64,000 nt of DNA from Euglena gracilis (taxonomy: Eukaryota), in assembly GCA_039621445.1 (NCBI GenBank), contig CP154954.1, positions 372,001-436,000 on the forward strand, read 5' to 3'. Numbering within the stretch: position 1 is the first letter of the stretch; each line of letters begins with the position of its first letter. Of the stretch, positions 50,103 through 64,000 are shown in pieces. The notes beneath the pieces were generated by a model that was not told where the DNA came from, did no database searches, and worked only from the letters and a program-made list of their open reading frames with translations. The position numbers and the translations under genes were made by a program.

Positions 50103-52776
50103 TTATTTAATTCTTTTTTTGAAATTTTTTTTTAAATCAATAATAGTGAATTTAAGTAATAATTCTGCCTCTTGTGTAAAAGTTTTAGTTTTATTTATTA
50201 TTTCTTTAAAAGTGGGTTTTTCATTATTGATGTGCTCTCGTAATTCTATAAGGAATCCCCTAACATCTTCAAGATTTATATCGTCCAAGTATCCATTAAT
50301 ACCTGTATATATTGTTGCCACTTGATCTGCTACTGACAATGGTGAAGCTTGAGGTTGTTTTAATAATTCTCTTAATCTTGCACCACGAGCCAATTGATTT
50401 TGTGTAGCTTGATCTAAATCTGACGCAAATTGTGAAAAAGCCTCTAATTCTGCAAATTGAGCTAGTTCTAATTTAAGTTTTCCTGCTACTTGTTTCATAG
50501 CTTTTATCTGCGCAGCAGATCCAACTCTTGACACGGAAATACCTACATTAATAGCTGGACGAATCCCCGAATTAAATATGTCGGCTGATAAAAAGACTTG
50601 TCCGTCCGTAATAGAAATAACATTTGTAGGTATGTATGCTGAAACATCTCCTGCTTGAGTTTCTACAATTGGTAAAGCTGTCATACTTCCTTGTCCTAAT
50701 TCATCACTTAATTTAGCTGCTCGTTCTAATAATCTTGAATGTAAATAGAATACATCTCCCGGATATGCTTCGCGTCCAGGTGGACGACGTAGTAATAATG
50801 ACATTTGTCTATAAGCTTGTGCTTGTTTTCGTGATAGAAAATTTAAATATAACAATTTCTTCATAAAGAATCGTGCATGCAAGTTTTAGTGCACACGGCT
50901 CAAATCAATAATTATAATAATAATATTTTTAGTTAATAATAATAATAATTCTTCAAGGTTTACTAGTAATAATATCCAAAAAACAATTTTAAATAGTACT
51001 TTCTTTTATTTGTAAATTAACTAATCTTGAAAGACTTTCATATCAAAGAATAAATATAAAAAATATTATTTTTAGCAATATATTTTTGTTAGTTGTTATA
51101 CCCTTATTTTTAAGAATTATTATTAAAATTTTATAGAAAATAGAAAACATTAGTAAATTACGATTATATTATCTTTCAAAAAATTATAAAATTTTTAGTT
51201 TTTTGTGTTCAAAAAATTTTACTTAAATAATACTTACAATCAAAAAATAAGAGTTCAATTATTGACAAAATTTTAATAAAAGCTTAGTTCGTTTAATTTT
51301 GTGTTTTTAATGTTTATAAATCTTTCATCTAAATATTCTTTAGTATAAAAAATAACAATAAGACTTTTACAACTCGCAATGAAAGATCATCATAAATAAC
51401 TAACGTATGTTTTCCATTATACACGTTGGTAAATATAATAATTACTCAATATATTTCCTTTCAGAAACGTACATGAAGCTTTTACTTCATACGGCTCCTA
51501 TCATATGAATAATTTCTTTTAAACAAATTATAAAGTCATATTTTGTTTACGAAATTGCAAATGTTATCAAATTTTGGGTTTATTTTTTTAATTAATTAAA
51601 AATTTTAACATTAATTCAATTCGCTTTTATAATTTTATATTTAGCATTTTGTTAACCTAAAATCCATATAATGGGAAAAAAATTATAACCTAACAAGTTT
51701 CTCTTTCTATTTTAATAAAAAGATTTTTTGTTTATAATAATTTAGTTAAAAAATTATTAAATAATTTCATAATTCAATAATGAAATTAAGCATAATATTA
51801 CAGACAAATAAAACAATTTTAAGACAATAATTCTATTTTAAATAACCTTTTTTATTTCCATATAACTACTTTGCTTCATGCTTTAATGTATAATATAATT
51901 GAAGATTACAATTTAAATAAAAAATTTATAAGAATAAAAATTAATAATTTACTTATAATAAAAAAGAGATTTAAAATTTTTAATTATGTTTTTTATAAAA
52001 TTTGTTTTAAGACAACATGCCGCACTGAAATATTCCGCCAAAGCTGCACCTGTATAAGGAGCTAAATATTGTAGTGTAGCAGATGAATCCGCATTTTCTG
52101 CAACTATTATTGTATATTCCATAGCCCCACGTTTTTCTAACGTAGTTACTATTTGTGAAACAGAAGACGCTTTCTGTCCAATAGCTACGTAAACACAAAT
52201 AACCCCTTGTCCTTTTTGGTTTAAAATCGTATCTGTAGCAACAGCTGTTTTGCCTGTTTGGCGATCACCAATAATAAGTTCGCGTTGTCCTCTTCCTATT
52301 GGAATCATTGCATCTATCGCAATTAATCCTGTTTGCAAAGGTTCATGAACTGAACGTCTTGAAACAATACCTGGAGCAGGAGACTCTATTAATCGTGTTG
52401 TAAATGATGCAATATCCCCTTTTCCATCTATAGGACGTGCCAAGGCATCAACAACTCGACCTAAAAAACCTCTACCTACAGGAATTTGAGCAATCTTTCC
52501 TGTTGTTTTAACTGAAGCACCTTCTTTTAAATTAGTAGCTTCGCCCATTAAAACGGCTCCAACATTGTCAGCCTCTAAATTCAAAGCAATTCCAATAGTA
52601 CCTTCATCAAATTCTACAAGTTCGCCCGCCATCACTTTTTCAAGCCCATAAATCCTAGCTATTCCGTCCCCTACTTGAAGCACAGTTCCTACGTTAACAA
52701 TTTTTAATTCTTGACGATATTTCTTTACCTGTTGACGAATTATCCTAGTAACTTCATTCGGGCGAACTCTGATCAT
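50103..52776 (-). CDS. atpA: ATP synthase CF1 alpha, mirror
   Basis: ORFs 51949..52794 and 50103..50882. Confidence 0.96.
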
Positions 52777-52880
52777 AGCTTGGGCCTGGGGCATATATAG
52801 ACAATGCTAAACATATAAATACAAAATTAATAAGTCAAAATTTTCAACATAAACAATACATATATGTATTTAGTTTTTTC

Positions 52881-55038
52881 TTAGTATTTAGGTTTTAATT
52901 TCTTAAGCGACATTTTTTCCATTTTTTTCAGAATAATTTTTTTATGAATTTTTGAATTTAGACGTTTAATAATAGTCGCTTTAGCTTTTTGACAGGCTTG
53001 TGAATATAAATTTTTAAAAATTTCTCTAACAGATTTTTTATCTTCCGTTCTTAATATTAAACGCTTTGATTGCTTTAAACGTTTAATATCTTCATTAACG
53101 GAAGAACGAATTATATCAAAACTTTTAAGGCGATAAAGTAGTTTTTTAATACTCTTATCCGAAACCATACACGATTTATTTCCAATCATATGGCTATTCA
53201 ATTAAAATTGTATTTTATTTGTTTTATTATAAGTTTGAAAATAATTTGAAACAAATTTTATAAATTGAAATTGCGTTTGTAAATTAGTATTTTTTATAAA
53301 CCAGCTTTTTTAGCAAAAAATTTACCTATAAGAATCGTCCTTTTATAATAATTTTTATTACTTCGTTATTTTTACTGATAATATATTACTAATAAATATG
53401 ATTGTTCACCAAAAGTTTTAAGATAGTTAACATAATATAAAGTTGTTTTATTACAAATTTTTATATTATTTTCTTATAGTTATATTAATTTCTTCTCAAT
53501 AACATAATATAACCTAACTTGATAAGCAAAATTATACTTAACGGTGATTGAAGAAACATTTTGATTATCTATTTTATAAAATGTGAAATAAAAAATTAAC
53601 AATGAAAAGTTTATAATCTTATTTTTCTCTTGCTTATAATATTTCTATAATTTTCATGATAAGAGATAAATTATTCTTTTAAAAATATTTAGTAAAATAC
53701 TAATTTTAGAAATTTCCTCTATTCCCATAAAAATAAATATAATTTTAAATAGACGAATCACACAAAATGTTGTACCATTAGAACGAATTAAAGAAGCTTT
53801 TTTAGCTGCATTTTCAAATTCAAGTTCAGCAAGATATAAAGAACTTTGCGAAGAACGGATCTTTTCATCAATATCTAAAATATTTTTAATTATAGTTTTT
53901 TTTTGTGTTTTTAGTAAATCACTTAAATTAGATAAAAATAAAATTTTCCTTTCAAAAAGGTATGAGCAAAATTTTTTGCATACGTCTTAAATCTATATAA
54001 TATTCATTAATATCTATTTCAAAATTATCGGAAATTGATCTTCTATCTTTAAAGAATTTCTATAATTTTTAAGTTTAAAATTAATGATAAATATTTTAAT
54101 GTTTTTAACATTACCGTTGTATTAAAAAATAAATGATTCTTACTTATAAAAAATTTAACTTATAATAATTATAACTGTTATCACAACAAAATTACATAAA
54201 AGCTTTTATATAAAATTATTTTTTAAAATATAATTTATATTAATTTTACTGAATTTGTAAAATTAAAATTAAAAATAATGACTAAAAAGTTAACTTTCCA
54301 TAATAAAACAGGGTTCCAACTACTATCGCTAAATTTATAATATTCGTTTCAAAAACATTTGTATTTATACCGAAAGTCTTAGCGTTAGAAATGATAGTGA
54401 AAATATTAAAATTATCAATTATTTAGATAGATATATAATGAGAAAATTCTCGATATCCCCAAATACACCGTATTTGAACTTTTCAGATCATACAGCGTTT
54501 TAAAAATTTAAAAACAACACTTTACCTATTAAATTAAAATATTTTTTAAAATAGTTCTAGAATTATCTTTCAAGTTTAATAAGAAAAACAATAATACGAA
54601 ATTCCAACTTTAATAAATATTTTTATATTTCATATAACAACGTATCTTAATTTTAATGTTTTTTAATCATTAGGTTTAATATTATGTTCAAATTATAATA
54701 GAAGTGTTTAAAATTTTTAAAACATGATATTAAAAAAAATTTTTATTATAAAAATTTAGTATATTTTAACTACAATTTATTATTAATATATTTGTAAATT
54801 ATAATTTAAATAAATCTAACCTTTGAAATAACATGTATAAACTTAATCTACCGTTATTCCGGCAAATATATTTATTCTAATTGAAAAATGAATAATATTT
54901 GTAAAAATAGATTAAAATTTTTTCGCAATGTAATCTTTTTCATGTAAAATTATTAAAATAAGATTAATAGCCAAACAGCCAAATTTAACTAAAAATTTTA
55001 GAAAAGTAATTTATTGTCATTAACGTTTCACACACCAC
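52881..55038 (-). CDS. atpF: ATP synthase CF0 subunit I, mirror
   Basis: Reverse complement of 34046..36202. Confidence 0.85.
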
Positions 55039-55153
55039 GATATTTTTTACACAATAGTTGCTTTCATTTTAGGAAACCTCAAAATATAAACTATACAGTA
55101 TTATACTCTCGATTAAATTTTAAAATTTTTTTATTAAAAATCTAATATTAAAA

Positions 55154-55417
<264 letters not shown>

Positions 55418-55531
55418 TTATTGCTTAAAAGTTAAATTTTGAACTTTTAATTTAATTAAATTAAAGAATAAAGGATTGAATATTAAAAATTAATACTTGG
55501 GTAATAAAATGTTACTTAATATCACTTACTA

Positions 55532-57147
55532 TTAATGATGACCTTCCATTGCTTCACCGATATAATTTAGATAAAAATAATCCTTCATAAACTAAAAAAA
55601 ATAATAGTATTAATTAGTTCTATAATTGTCATTATAAAAAATACAAATTTTAATAAATGGGAAATCGCGTTGATCCAGACAAAGTTGCAAAAATTAAAGC
55701 TTGAATACCACTAGTAAATAAACCTAAAAAAATTAAAGGAACAGGAACAATTAGCGGTACCAAAGAAACCAATACCGCTACTACTAATTCATCTGCTAAA
55801 ATATTACCAAAAAGTCTGAAACTTAAGGAAAGAGGTTTAGTAAAATCCTCCAAAATATTAATGGGCAATAAAATTGGAGTAGGTTGAACATATTTTTTAA
55901 AATATGTTAAGTTTAATAGAATTTAAATTCTTTATTAAGTAATTAATAAAAAAACTATAAAATTTATATAAATTAAAGTAAGCTTAGTAAATTTAAAATT
56001 CTTTAATAAAATATACGACAAAACCTTTTTTGTTAAGTCCAGCATAAAAATACGCTAAAGATGTCAATATAGCAAGTCCTGCCGTAGTATTAAATAGATA
56101 GAAAACATCCTCTTAAAATTTATACCTACATTACAAAACGTATATAACTTACAATTATAAAAAAAAGATCTAACAACTACACTTTAATAAATGTTGAGTC
56201 TTATCTATAAATAAATAATAAAATTAATAAATACATATTTGTTTTATCAGAAATCTTTATCAACTATAAATGTTAAAAAAAAAAAGGATATTTTATTGCA
56301 AATATTTAATAAATTAACCAAATTTTAGAGTTTCAGACAAATAAAATTACTTTATTAATTCCATTGCTTTATAAACCATTTTGAATAAACTTTTTATGAT
56401 AAATTCAAAACGCACATATCATTTGTAGGTGCTCCCAACTCTCCATTTGGAAGTTCAATAATTTTCCAAGGAATTAGTGCCCCTGACCAATTTGACACAA
56501 AGATAAATAAAAACATAGTTCCAATATAAGGAACCCATTTTGAATATTCTTTTTCACCTATTTGAGTTTTTGAAATGTCTGTTATAAATTCTGTGACAAG
56601 TTCTATAAAAATTTGTTTGTTTGCTGGTACTAAAGTAAGATTTTTTGTAGTATAAATACTTAAAAAACCTATTATTAATATAACAATCCAAGAATTAATT
56701 TAATACTTGCCCGTGAATTTGAAAACCTAAAATTGACCAATAAAAGTGTTGCCCAACTTCTTAAAAATAATAAAATATTTTTAAATATTCTTATAAATAG
56801 CAATAAATTTGAATTAAAGTTTCTACATCTGAACTTTTAAATGAAAATTATTTAAATCGCAAAACATTAGCAATTTTTAAAAGTTAAAATTTTCTTAGGA
56901 AGTATTTAATCAAAATATTTATATTTATAAAAAATCCGAAAAAATTTTTATTGTTAAAAGAATGTTTAATTTTTAAAATCAACAGAAAAATGCCCGAAAT
57001 AAACATGTTTACAGAAAAAATTTTTTAAAAAAGTTTTAACTAAAAGAAGAAGTCTTAAAAATTCAAAAAATTAAAAAATATAATTAAAACAAACTTCATA
57101 TGAAAGGGATTGAAATCACAAAAATAATATAATAAAACAATCTTCAT
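55532..57147 (-). CDS. atpI: ATP synthase CF0 subunit IV, mirror (1-nt insertion near 56700)
   Basis: Reverse complement of 31939..33552. Confidence 0.88.
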
Positions 57148-57189
57148 TTCTCGAAAAATAAAAAATTATTATGAAAGTCACTGAAACCT

Positions 57190-58614
57190 TTAAGAAAGTT
57201 TTTTGAATTTTTTATACTTATCAAATTTTTGTCTTACTTTGTTGTTAACGCCCCGATTTATGGAATTACAAAGAACACTCAAAATTAAAGAAACAGAAAG
57301 AATAGAATCATCATTTGAAGGAATAGGATATTTAGTAAGTGTGGGGTCACAATTGGTATCTAAATAAAATACGCATTTAATTTAAAAATTAATACGCTTC
57401 ATCAAACTGAACAAGAAAACGATTTAAAGTTTCATACAGCTTTGAATAATTATTTATTTAAAGTTATTAAAACTTGTTACAAAAAAACAAAACTTTTTCA
57501 TTATTTAATTTTTAAAAATTATTCATAAACCTCAAAGGTAGTTTATTGTTATATTAAAAACTATATTACTAAATAACAAAATAAAATATCGAGAAATAAT
57601 TTGTTACTATATTCATTCAAATTTAATTGTAATTATTTAATAATTAATTCTAATAATTATTTTTAAAGAATTTTCATTTTATAAATTTTTTATTCTTTAA
57701 TAAAAAAAATTCTACTATGGAAAAAAGAGATACTTAAAACATGAATAACGCACTATAGTTATACTAGCAATACCTAACTTTTTACATTCACGTACAGCAT
57801 TTATCTCCTTGTTTTGTCCTATTATAATAACAATTTCAGGACGTTCAGTCATATCTCTCATACCGGAAAAATATTTTTTAAGCTAATTAAATAGAATATT
57901 CTTTCGATTAATTATCTAGTTTGAAAATAAATATATTTATAAAAATTTTAAAATTTAGTTAAAAAATAAAAATTGAGTCACATTTAATTTTTTTTTTTTT
58001 AGTACTAAACGTTCTTTTTTTGTTAATAAGTTGTGATGCTTTTCTTTTTGTTTTGATTTTAGCATAAAATTTTATTGCAACAAAAATAAAATAATCCCAA
58101 AATTATTCTTAATTTTATAATTAAATGTAATTTAGTTATAAATAAAATTTATAATTTTTATTATCAAAAAATTGCTTTAATTTATTTATGCAATTTTTAA
58201 TTGTTATCCAATTTGTCAATATACCGCCCAACCAACGTTTTGTTACAAAAAAAGAATTACATTTTAAAGCGATTTTTTGTGTTAAAATAGAAAAAAAGCG
58301 TTTTGTACAAACAAAAAGAGCCATTAAGATTAAAAATTTTTCTAATAAATATTCATAAAAAATTTATAAAGCTTTTTAAAAAATGCTAAAATCTAACAGA
58401 TTGGTTTTCATAAAAAGTCACAACTTTTACCTTTACGTACAGAACGTATAAGGAAATTGCAAGCTTTTTTTAAACAAACTATAGTCTGTAACAAATCGAT
58501 AATATGAAGACCTTTGCGTTCTCCATAAATATAAATTCTCATTCTTGGATTCCATTGTTTAACCTTATGACCAAGATGAACACTAGAATTAAGCATTTTT
58601 TCTACAGTAATCAT
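57190..58614 (-). CDS. rps2: Ribosomal protein S2, mirror
   Basis: ORFs 58408..58614 and 58136..58324. Confidence 0.9.
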
Positions 58615-58784
58615 ATTTAATTAAATTTAAAAAACGAGTAGCGTAACATACATATAAAGAAAATAATAGTTATAAAAGATATATAAAAATATTTCATAAA
58701 AAAAAATTTTCTTTATTATTTTAAGAAGTAAATACCGGAATCATCTATGTATTTTTTGTTTTATTGTTTCTTCAATTCTCTTAA

Positions 58785-58856
58785 AGACGACACCCAGAAT
58801 CGAACTGGGGAATAAAAGATTTGCAATCTTCTGCCTTACCGCTTGGCCATGCCGCC
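58785..58856 (-). tRNA. trnC: tRNA-Cys(GCA), mirror
   Basis: Reverse complement of 30231..30302. Confidence 0.93.
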
Positions 58857-58857
58857 A

Positions 58858-58930
58858 TGCTAGGAACCAGATTTGAACTGGTGACACAAGGATTTTCAGT
58901 CCTCCGCTCTACCAACTGAGCTATCCCAGC
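58858..58930 (-). tRNA. trnF: tRNA-Phe(GAA), mirror
   Basis: Reverse complement of 30157..30229. Confidence 0.93.
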
Positions 58931-58982
58931 TATTATTATTATAAATTAATTTATACTTATATTATTATAAGTAAATTTAAGT

Positions 58983-59391
58983 TTACCAACTCGCTTTGGT
59001 TACACCTGGAAGTAAACCATAATGAGCCATATCTCGAAGAATATGTCGTGATAATCCAAAAGTCCTAAAATATCCACGTGATCTCCCTGTTACGTAACAA
59101 CGATTTCGAAAGAGTTAACAAATAAAAATACTCAAAAAAATAAATATAAAAATTTTATAAATTTTTCAAATTATTAACAGCTATAAAATTTGAATGACAA
59201 ATAGAAAATCAAATTAATCGGCAACGCAAACTATTTCTAGGTAATTTTTGCAAAAAAGAGTAAATCCGCAATTTTTTCTCAAAAGATTTTTCGTCTTTTC
59301 CATTTGTCCTGTATACATAACGGTTATGGGAATGTATTAATACTAATATTATTCGTTTTCTCTGTCTTGCTATAAGACTTTTTTTTGACAT
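58983..59391 (-). CDS. rps14: Ribosomal protein S14, mirror
   Basis: Reverse complement of 29696..30104. Confidence 0.92.
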
Positions 59392-59430
59392 AAATAAAAA
59401 ATTTTTAGGTTAAATAATGCTCGAATAAGA

Positions 59431-59514
59431 TGCATTCAGCTGGATTCGAACCAGCGACGTCCTTCCGGAGCGAGATTATGAGTCCCGTGCTATCGTCCAC
59501 TCTGCCATAAATGC
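59431..59514 (-). tRNA. trnI: tRNA-Ile(CAU), mirror
   Basis: Reverse complement of 29573..29656. Confidence 0.8.
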
Positions 59515-59542
59515 GCCTACAAATTATAGACGCAAAACAAGT

Positions 59543-59656
59543 TTAACCCTGTCGTTGTTTATGCTTGTTATTTATACAAACAACTAAAAGATTGTTTTTG
59601 CGACGAATCAAATAACATTTATTACAAATTTTTTTAACAGAAGAACGTATTTTCAT
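59543..59656 (-). CDS. rpl36: Ribosomal protein L36, mirror
   Basis: Reverse complement of 29431..29544. Confidence 0.95.
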   Translation of the reverse strand: MKIRSSVKKICNKCYLIRRKNNLLVVCINNKHKQRQG

Positions 59657-59739
59657 AAAAATTAAGTCTAATTAAACAAAAATTATCAAACAACTTTTTA
59701 ATAAAAAATAATAAAACAAAAGAGGTAATTTTAGTTTAT

Positions 59740-60860
59740 TTACCAAATATAAAACAGAATCTCCCCACCAATTTTATTAGATCTAGCCAATCGATCAGTC
59801 ATTAATCCTTTAGAAGTAGACATGCAAAATTAAATTTTAAAATTTCTTTAAGAACAATACAAGTTAATAATCAACATAAGGCTCAAATAAAAATAATAAT
59901 AATAATACAAAAAATTACGTTAAAAAATATTTCAAAATAATTCACGAATAATAAGAATTAAATTTTATGTTTTTCACAAAAACATGCATTAGAATACAAA
60001 AATAGAAATTCTTGCTAAATTATAATAAAGGAAATCATTATAAAAAATTTATTATTGCTTATAATTTTTATCTTATGAAACTCAAAAAACATATCGCACA
60101 AACAGTTAAACCAACGCCACCTGCTACTGATTGTAGTCTTTTATAACTACTATAAGTACGCAAACCAGGTTTGCTTACACGTTTTATTTTAGTTATATAA
60201 GAAACTTGTTTTGGACCTTTATATTTTAAAAAGATTGTAATATATTTTTTTATAACACCGTTTTCAGTTAAACACGTAGCGTCAGCCAATTCAAAAGAGT
60301 CAATAAATCCTTCTTTTTTAAAATTTCGGCTATATTTACCGTAAGTTTTGTATTAATAACATTAACTTTTCTAGCTTTTATTAAAAGAGAGTTTCTTATT
60401 CTTGTAAGCATATCGTATAAGGCTAAATAAAACCTAACAAAAGAATAAAAATATGTATATATATTAATAAAAATCAAAAATTAATTATACTTCTATAAAA
60501 AAAATCACACCTAATTACATTAAATTAAATTATAAATTTTTAAAACAATTTATTAACAAACTCTACAGGAAACCATTAATCATAAAGTTTTGAAAAATAA
60601 AATTTAAATATTTCAAGATTTACTAATATTTAACTAATTTAATTATGTAATATTAATATAGTAATAAAAATAAGTGATCTCCCAACTAATGAATAAATTT
60701 TACAAAACAATAATAAACGGTTTGTTAAAGAAAAATACTACTATCAAAATATTTAATAATGCTCTTATTTACCGAATTTCAACATATATATAGATAATAA
60801 ATATAAAAAATTATTAATAATATATTATTACACTTAAACTCGCAAATCAATATTTGTCAT
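59740..60860 (-). CDS. rps8: Ribosomal protein S8, mirror (homopolymer frameshift near 60315)
   Basis: ORFs 60268..60477 and 60068..60289 are the split exon 3. Confidence 0.9.
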
Positions 60861-60944
60861 AAAATTCTAAAAATAAAACAATAAAATTACTATTAATAAA
60901 AAATAGATTTTGTACATCTTAACACGTAAAAAAAAGTATAAAAA

Positions 60945-61484
60945 TTAATCTCGGAACGGGATACCTAATTCTTTTAAAAGAAAGAAAGCTTCTTGATTCG
61001 TTTCAGCAGTTGTAACGATTGTTATATTCAAACCTTGTACTTTAATCATTTTATCAAAGTTAATTTCAGGGAACATTGATTGTTCACTTAACCCAAAACT
61101 AAAGTTACCTGATCCATCAAAACAATTCTTGTTTATTCCTTGAAAATCTCTAATTCTAGGTAAAGATAGATTAATTAACCGGTCTAAAAAACTGTACATC
61201 TTTTCACTACGCAAAGTCAAAAACATACCAACAGGCATCTTTTCTTTAAGTTTAAAGTTAGCAATAGCTTTTTTCGCCTTACTTATAATAGGCTTTTGAC
61301 CAGAAATAATTTCTAATTCATTTAATAAAACTTCCAAAATTTTTGAATTTTGACAAGATTCATCAAATCCTCGATTTATAACAATCTTTTTTAATTTAGG
61401 AACCCTATAAGAATTAACATAACCAAATTCTTCTTTAAGTTTGGGAATGATAGTTTCTAAATAAAACGATTTTAATCTTTGCAT
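60945..61484 (-). CDS. rpl5: Ribosomal protein L5, mirror
   Basis: Identical ORF. Confidence 0.97.
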   Translation of the reverse strand: MQRLKSFYLETIIPKLKEEFGYVNSYRVPKLKKIVINRGFDESCQNSKILEVLLNELEIISGQKPIISKAKKAIANFKLKEKMPVGMFLTLRSEKMYSFLDRLINLSLPRIRDFQGINKNCFDGSGNFSFGLSEQSMFPEINFDKMIKVQGLNITIVTTAETNQEAFFLLKELGIPFRD

Positions 61485-61665
61485 TTTTTATAAAATCCTT
61501 TTTAAATATTACTACTACACTAAATTTTAATAAAAATATTTTGGAACTATAAATAGGAATGATAAAAGTAAAATTTATAATAAAAAAACACACATACAAA
61601 AAATTAAGAAATATAGATATACGCTAAAAATGAAAAACAACTTATTATGAGAAGTCTTTATTGTA

Positions 61666-62139
61666 TCACACAACCTCTGGCGCTAAGGACATTATTTTTA
61701 CGAATTCCTTTTCTCGCAATTCGCGAGCAATGGGGCCGAAAATTCTTGTACCTTTAGGTGAACGATCATTATTAATTATGACAGCAGCATTTTCGTCAAA
61801 ACGAATTGCCATTCCACTTTCTCTACGTACTCCTTTAACAGTTCTAACAATAACAGCTTTAACAATATCTGATTTTTTAACAACCATGTTAGGAATAGCT
61901 TCTTTAAAATAGATAAAATCTTTATAAATTTATAAACAATATCAATATAAAAGAATAATAAAATAATAAAAACATAAAAAGATATATAAATTATTAACTC
62001 TAATACACAATTTTACAACCGCTATTATTATATCACCAATATTCGCATACTGACAATTTGGTCCTAATATACGAATACACATAATTTTTTGTGCTCCAGT
62101 ATTATCCGCAATTTTCAAATATGTTTGTGGTTTAATCAT
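61666..62139 (-). CDS. rpl14: Ribosomal protein L14, mirror
   Basis: ORFs 61942..62139 and 61666..61887. Confidence 0.93.
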
Positions 62140-62234
62140 CTAAACTAAAAAATAAATTATAAAGAACGAAGAACTACCAAAATAAGAATTTTACCAAAAA
62201 TATTATTAACAAAAACAATTAGCATTAAACAGTT

Positions 62235-63297
62235 TTAAATTTTAACAATAACACGAGTTTTAATAGGCATTTTATATCCTGCTATTTTTAAAGAATACTT
62301 TGCAATGGATTCTGAAATACCCAATACTTCGTAAAGAATTTTTCCAGGTTTTACAATTGCAACCCAATATTCTACATTTCCTTTCCCTGAACCCATGCGA
62401 GTTTCGGCTGCTCGAAATGTTACAGGCTTATCGGGAAAAATTCTTATCCAAAGTTTGCCCCCACGTTTTGCATATCTTGTAATAACTCTACGAATTAAAT
62501 AAAAAAATTTTTTTTTAGAAAAGAAAACAGTAAAAATTTATTTAAAATAAAACAATTAAGAAAAATCATCTTATAAGTAAATAAGTTAAAAAACCTTTTT
62601 TATCGAAAACCAAAAAAGTTTATAAACAATAAAAATTTATTAAATAACTTTGAAAGCAAAAAATCTATATAAATTTATTAGAAATCACAAAAAACCACAA
62701 AGCAGCTTCAATTTGACGTGAAGTTATCCAACCAGGCTCTAATGATTGTAAAACAAGTACAATATGCCTTAAAAAATCCAAACAAGCAAAATGTAATGCA
62801 TTTGGCTTTTAATTAATAAATTTAAAAAAAGTAAAATAAGTACAAAATCAAATTGTATATCATAATATAAAATAAAAAATTTTAATAATAATCTACTTAA
62901 TTTTAGTAAAGATTAAATGTATTTTTTATTATTTTAATTTTTATTAGCTTAAAAAAATATTTAATACTTAAAATTTAAAATTATTAAACATTTATTACGT
63001 TAAGAATAAAATGCTATTAAAGATATTTAATTACAATAATTTAAAACTTAAACAAAAAATAATTAAATTTACTCATAATTAATTTTTTAAATTATTTAGA
63101 TCGCACAAGCATAATTACCAAAAACAACTTTATCAATTAAATAAAAAATTTCACTTAAATCAAATCGAATAAAATAACTATCGTGGTAAAACGCAATAAA
63201 AATTTTATTTTTTACATAAAAAAAGTCTCATATAGATTTTACCTGTTAATCTACCTCTATGATATTTACGAAACTTCGTTCGCTTAGGACTTAACAT
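62235..63297 (-). CDS. rpl16: Ribosomal protein L16, complete four-exon copy
   Basis: [20 protein letters not shown] / [10 protein letters not shown] / [16 protein letters not shown] / RRVITRY... Confidence 0.93.
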
Positions 63298-63353
63298 ATA
63301 AGACTATAAAAACAACGAAAATAAAAGATAATAAATTTCTAAATTAGGTAAAT

Positions 63354-64000
63354 TCATTGCAACTGATTAAAATTATTACAATAAAAATGAATTAAAATCA
63401 AATTTTCAAAGAAACTAAAGTTCCACTTTTTTATGTTCAAAATTACAAAACGATTCGAATAAATCGATTTTTTACAAAAGAAACATAGTCCCCTCTGATT
63501 ATTATATAAGACAATAAAATTAGGTGAAAATTTATATTTGAACTTTTCAAATATCATACGTTCTAATTTTCCTTTATTATATAAGTTGAATATATTTAAA
63601 GTATTAGATATTTTAAATTTCATATTTCTATAACTATAAAAATATTTCGAAGAATACAAATGAGACTTTAAAAATAAAAAATTTCCTGTTTTTATATCAG
63701 TAATGAAAAATCTCCAAATTCCTGAAAAAAATTTCCAATATTTAGAGTAAATCCAAGTTCTAGTTTTTCTAGAATGAAGTTTTTTTATATATCTCCACAA
63801 TAATCGGTAAAGATAAAGATCTAATTCTAAAAATAGAAAATTGTTATTAAAACAAAAAAAACCTCTGTTTAAACAATCTAAAATTTTTTTATTCAATAAA
63901 TTTACTAAAAAAAATACACTTTTTTTTAAAAACATTTTTACAATCATTTTTAAACTTAGTTTATAAAATTGTATATGTTTTTTATTAATATGCAATAAAA
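63354..64000 (-). CDS. roaA: 3' part of the ribosomal-operon-associated maturase-like protein (extends beyond the window)
   Basis: 213-aa basic ORF just upstream of rpl16; LWRYIKKLHSRKTRTWIYSKYW resembles maturase domain X; QRGLCFFC...NLILIHFYC resembles a degenerate HNH. Confidence 0.78.
   Translation of the reverse strand, partial: LLHINKKHIQFYKLSLKMIVKMFLKKSVFFLVNLLNKKILDCLNRGFFCFNNNFLFLELDLYLYRLLWRYIKKLHSRKTRTWIYSKYWKFFSGIWRFFITDIKTGNFLFLKSHLYSSKYFYSYRNMKFKISNTLNIFNLYNKGKLERMIFEKFKYKFSPNFIVLYNNQRGLCFFCKKSIYSNRFVILNIKKWNFSFFENLILIHFYCNNFNQLQ

Overview
The window is very AT-rich, intron-packed euglenoid plastid DNA. Gene content, gene order and intron sizes point to the Euglena gracilis chloroplast genome. 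It is not arranged like a native plastome: it is two giant fold-back palindromes joined by a chimeric junction. Palindrome A (1..~12663 mirrored at ~13169..25831) carries the rpoC1 3' end, rpoC2, trnV-N-R, trnL, rps11, rps4, trnY-H-M-W-E-G, psbB, psbT, psbH, psbN and petB exon 1. After ~350 bp more of rpoC1, the sequence jumps at ~26175 into an rpl16 intron. Palindrome B (~26178..44520 mirrored at ~44570..62906) carries rpl16-rpl14-rpl5-rps8-rpl36-trnI-rps14-trnF-trnC-rps2-atpI-atpH-atpF-atpA-rps18, then psaJ, trnP, trnS, rpoA, psbZ, rpl12, rps9 and the psaC 3' exon. Unique sequence follows, holding the rpl16 5' exons and a maturase-like ORF (roaA). The axis of palindrome B contains a corrupted PacBio SMRTbell hairpin adapter, flanked by a T->G miscalled tract. 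The arms differ mainly by homopolymer indels, so the palindromes are best read as missed-adapter long-read or assembly artefacts. The real biology of interest is the intron landscape: group II/III introns, twintrons, an intercistronic intron, micro-exons, sibling intron families and a free-standing maturase/HNH remnant. Most of this is established for Euglena. I found no convincing wholly new system. Splice boundaries were placed by eye and may be off by a few nt.
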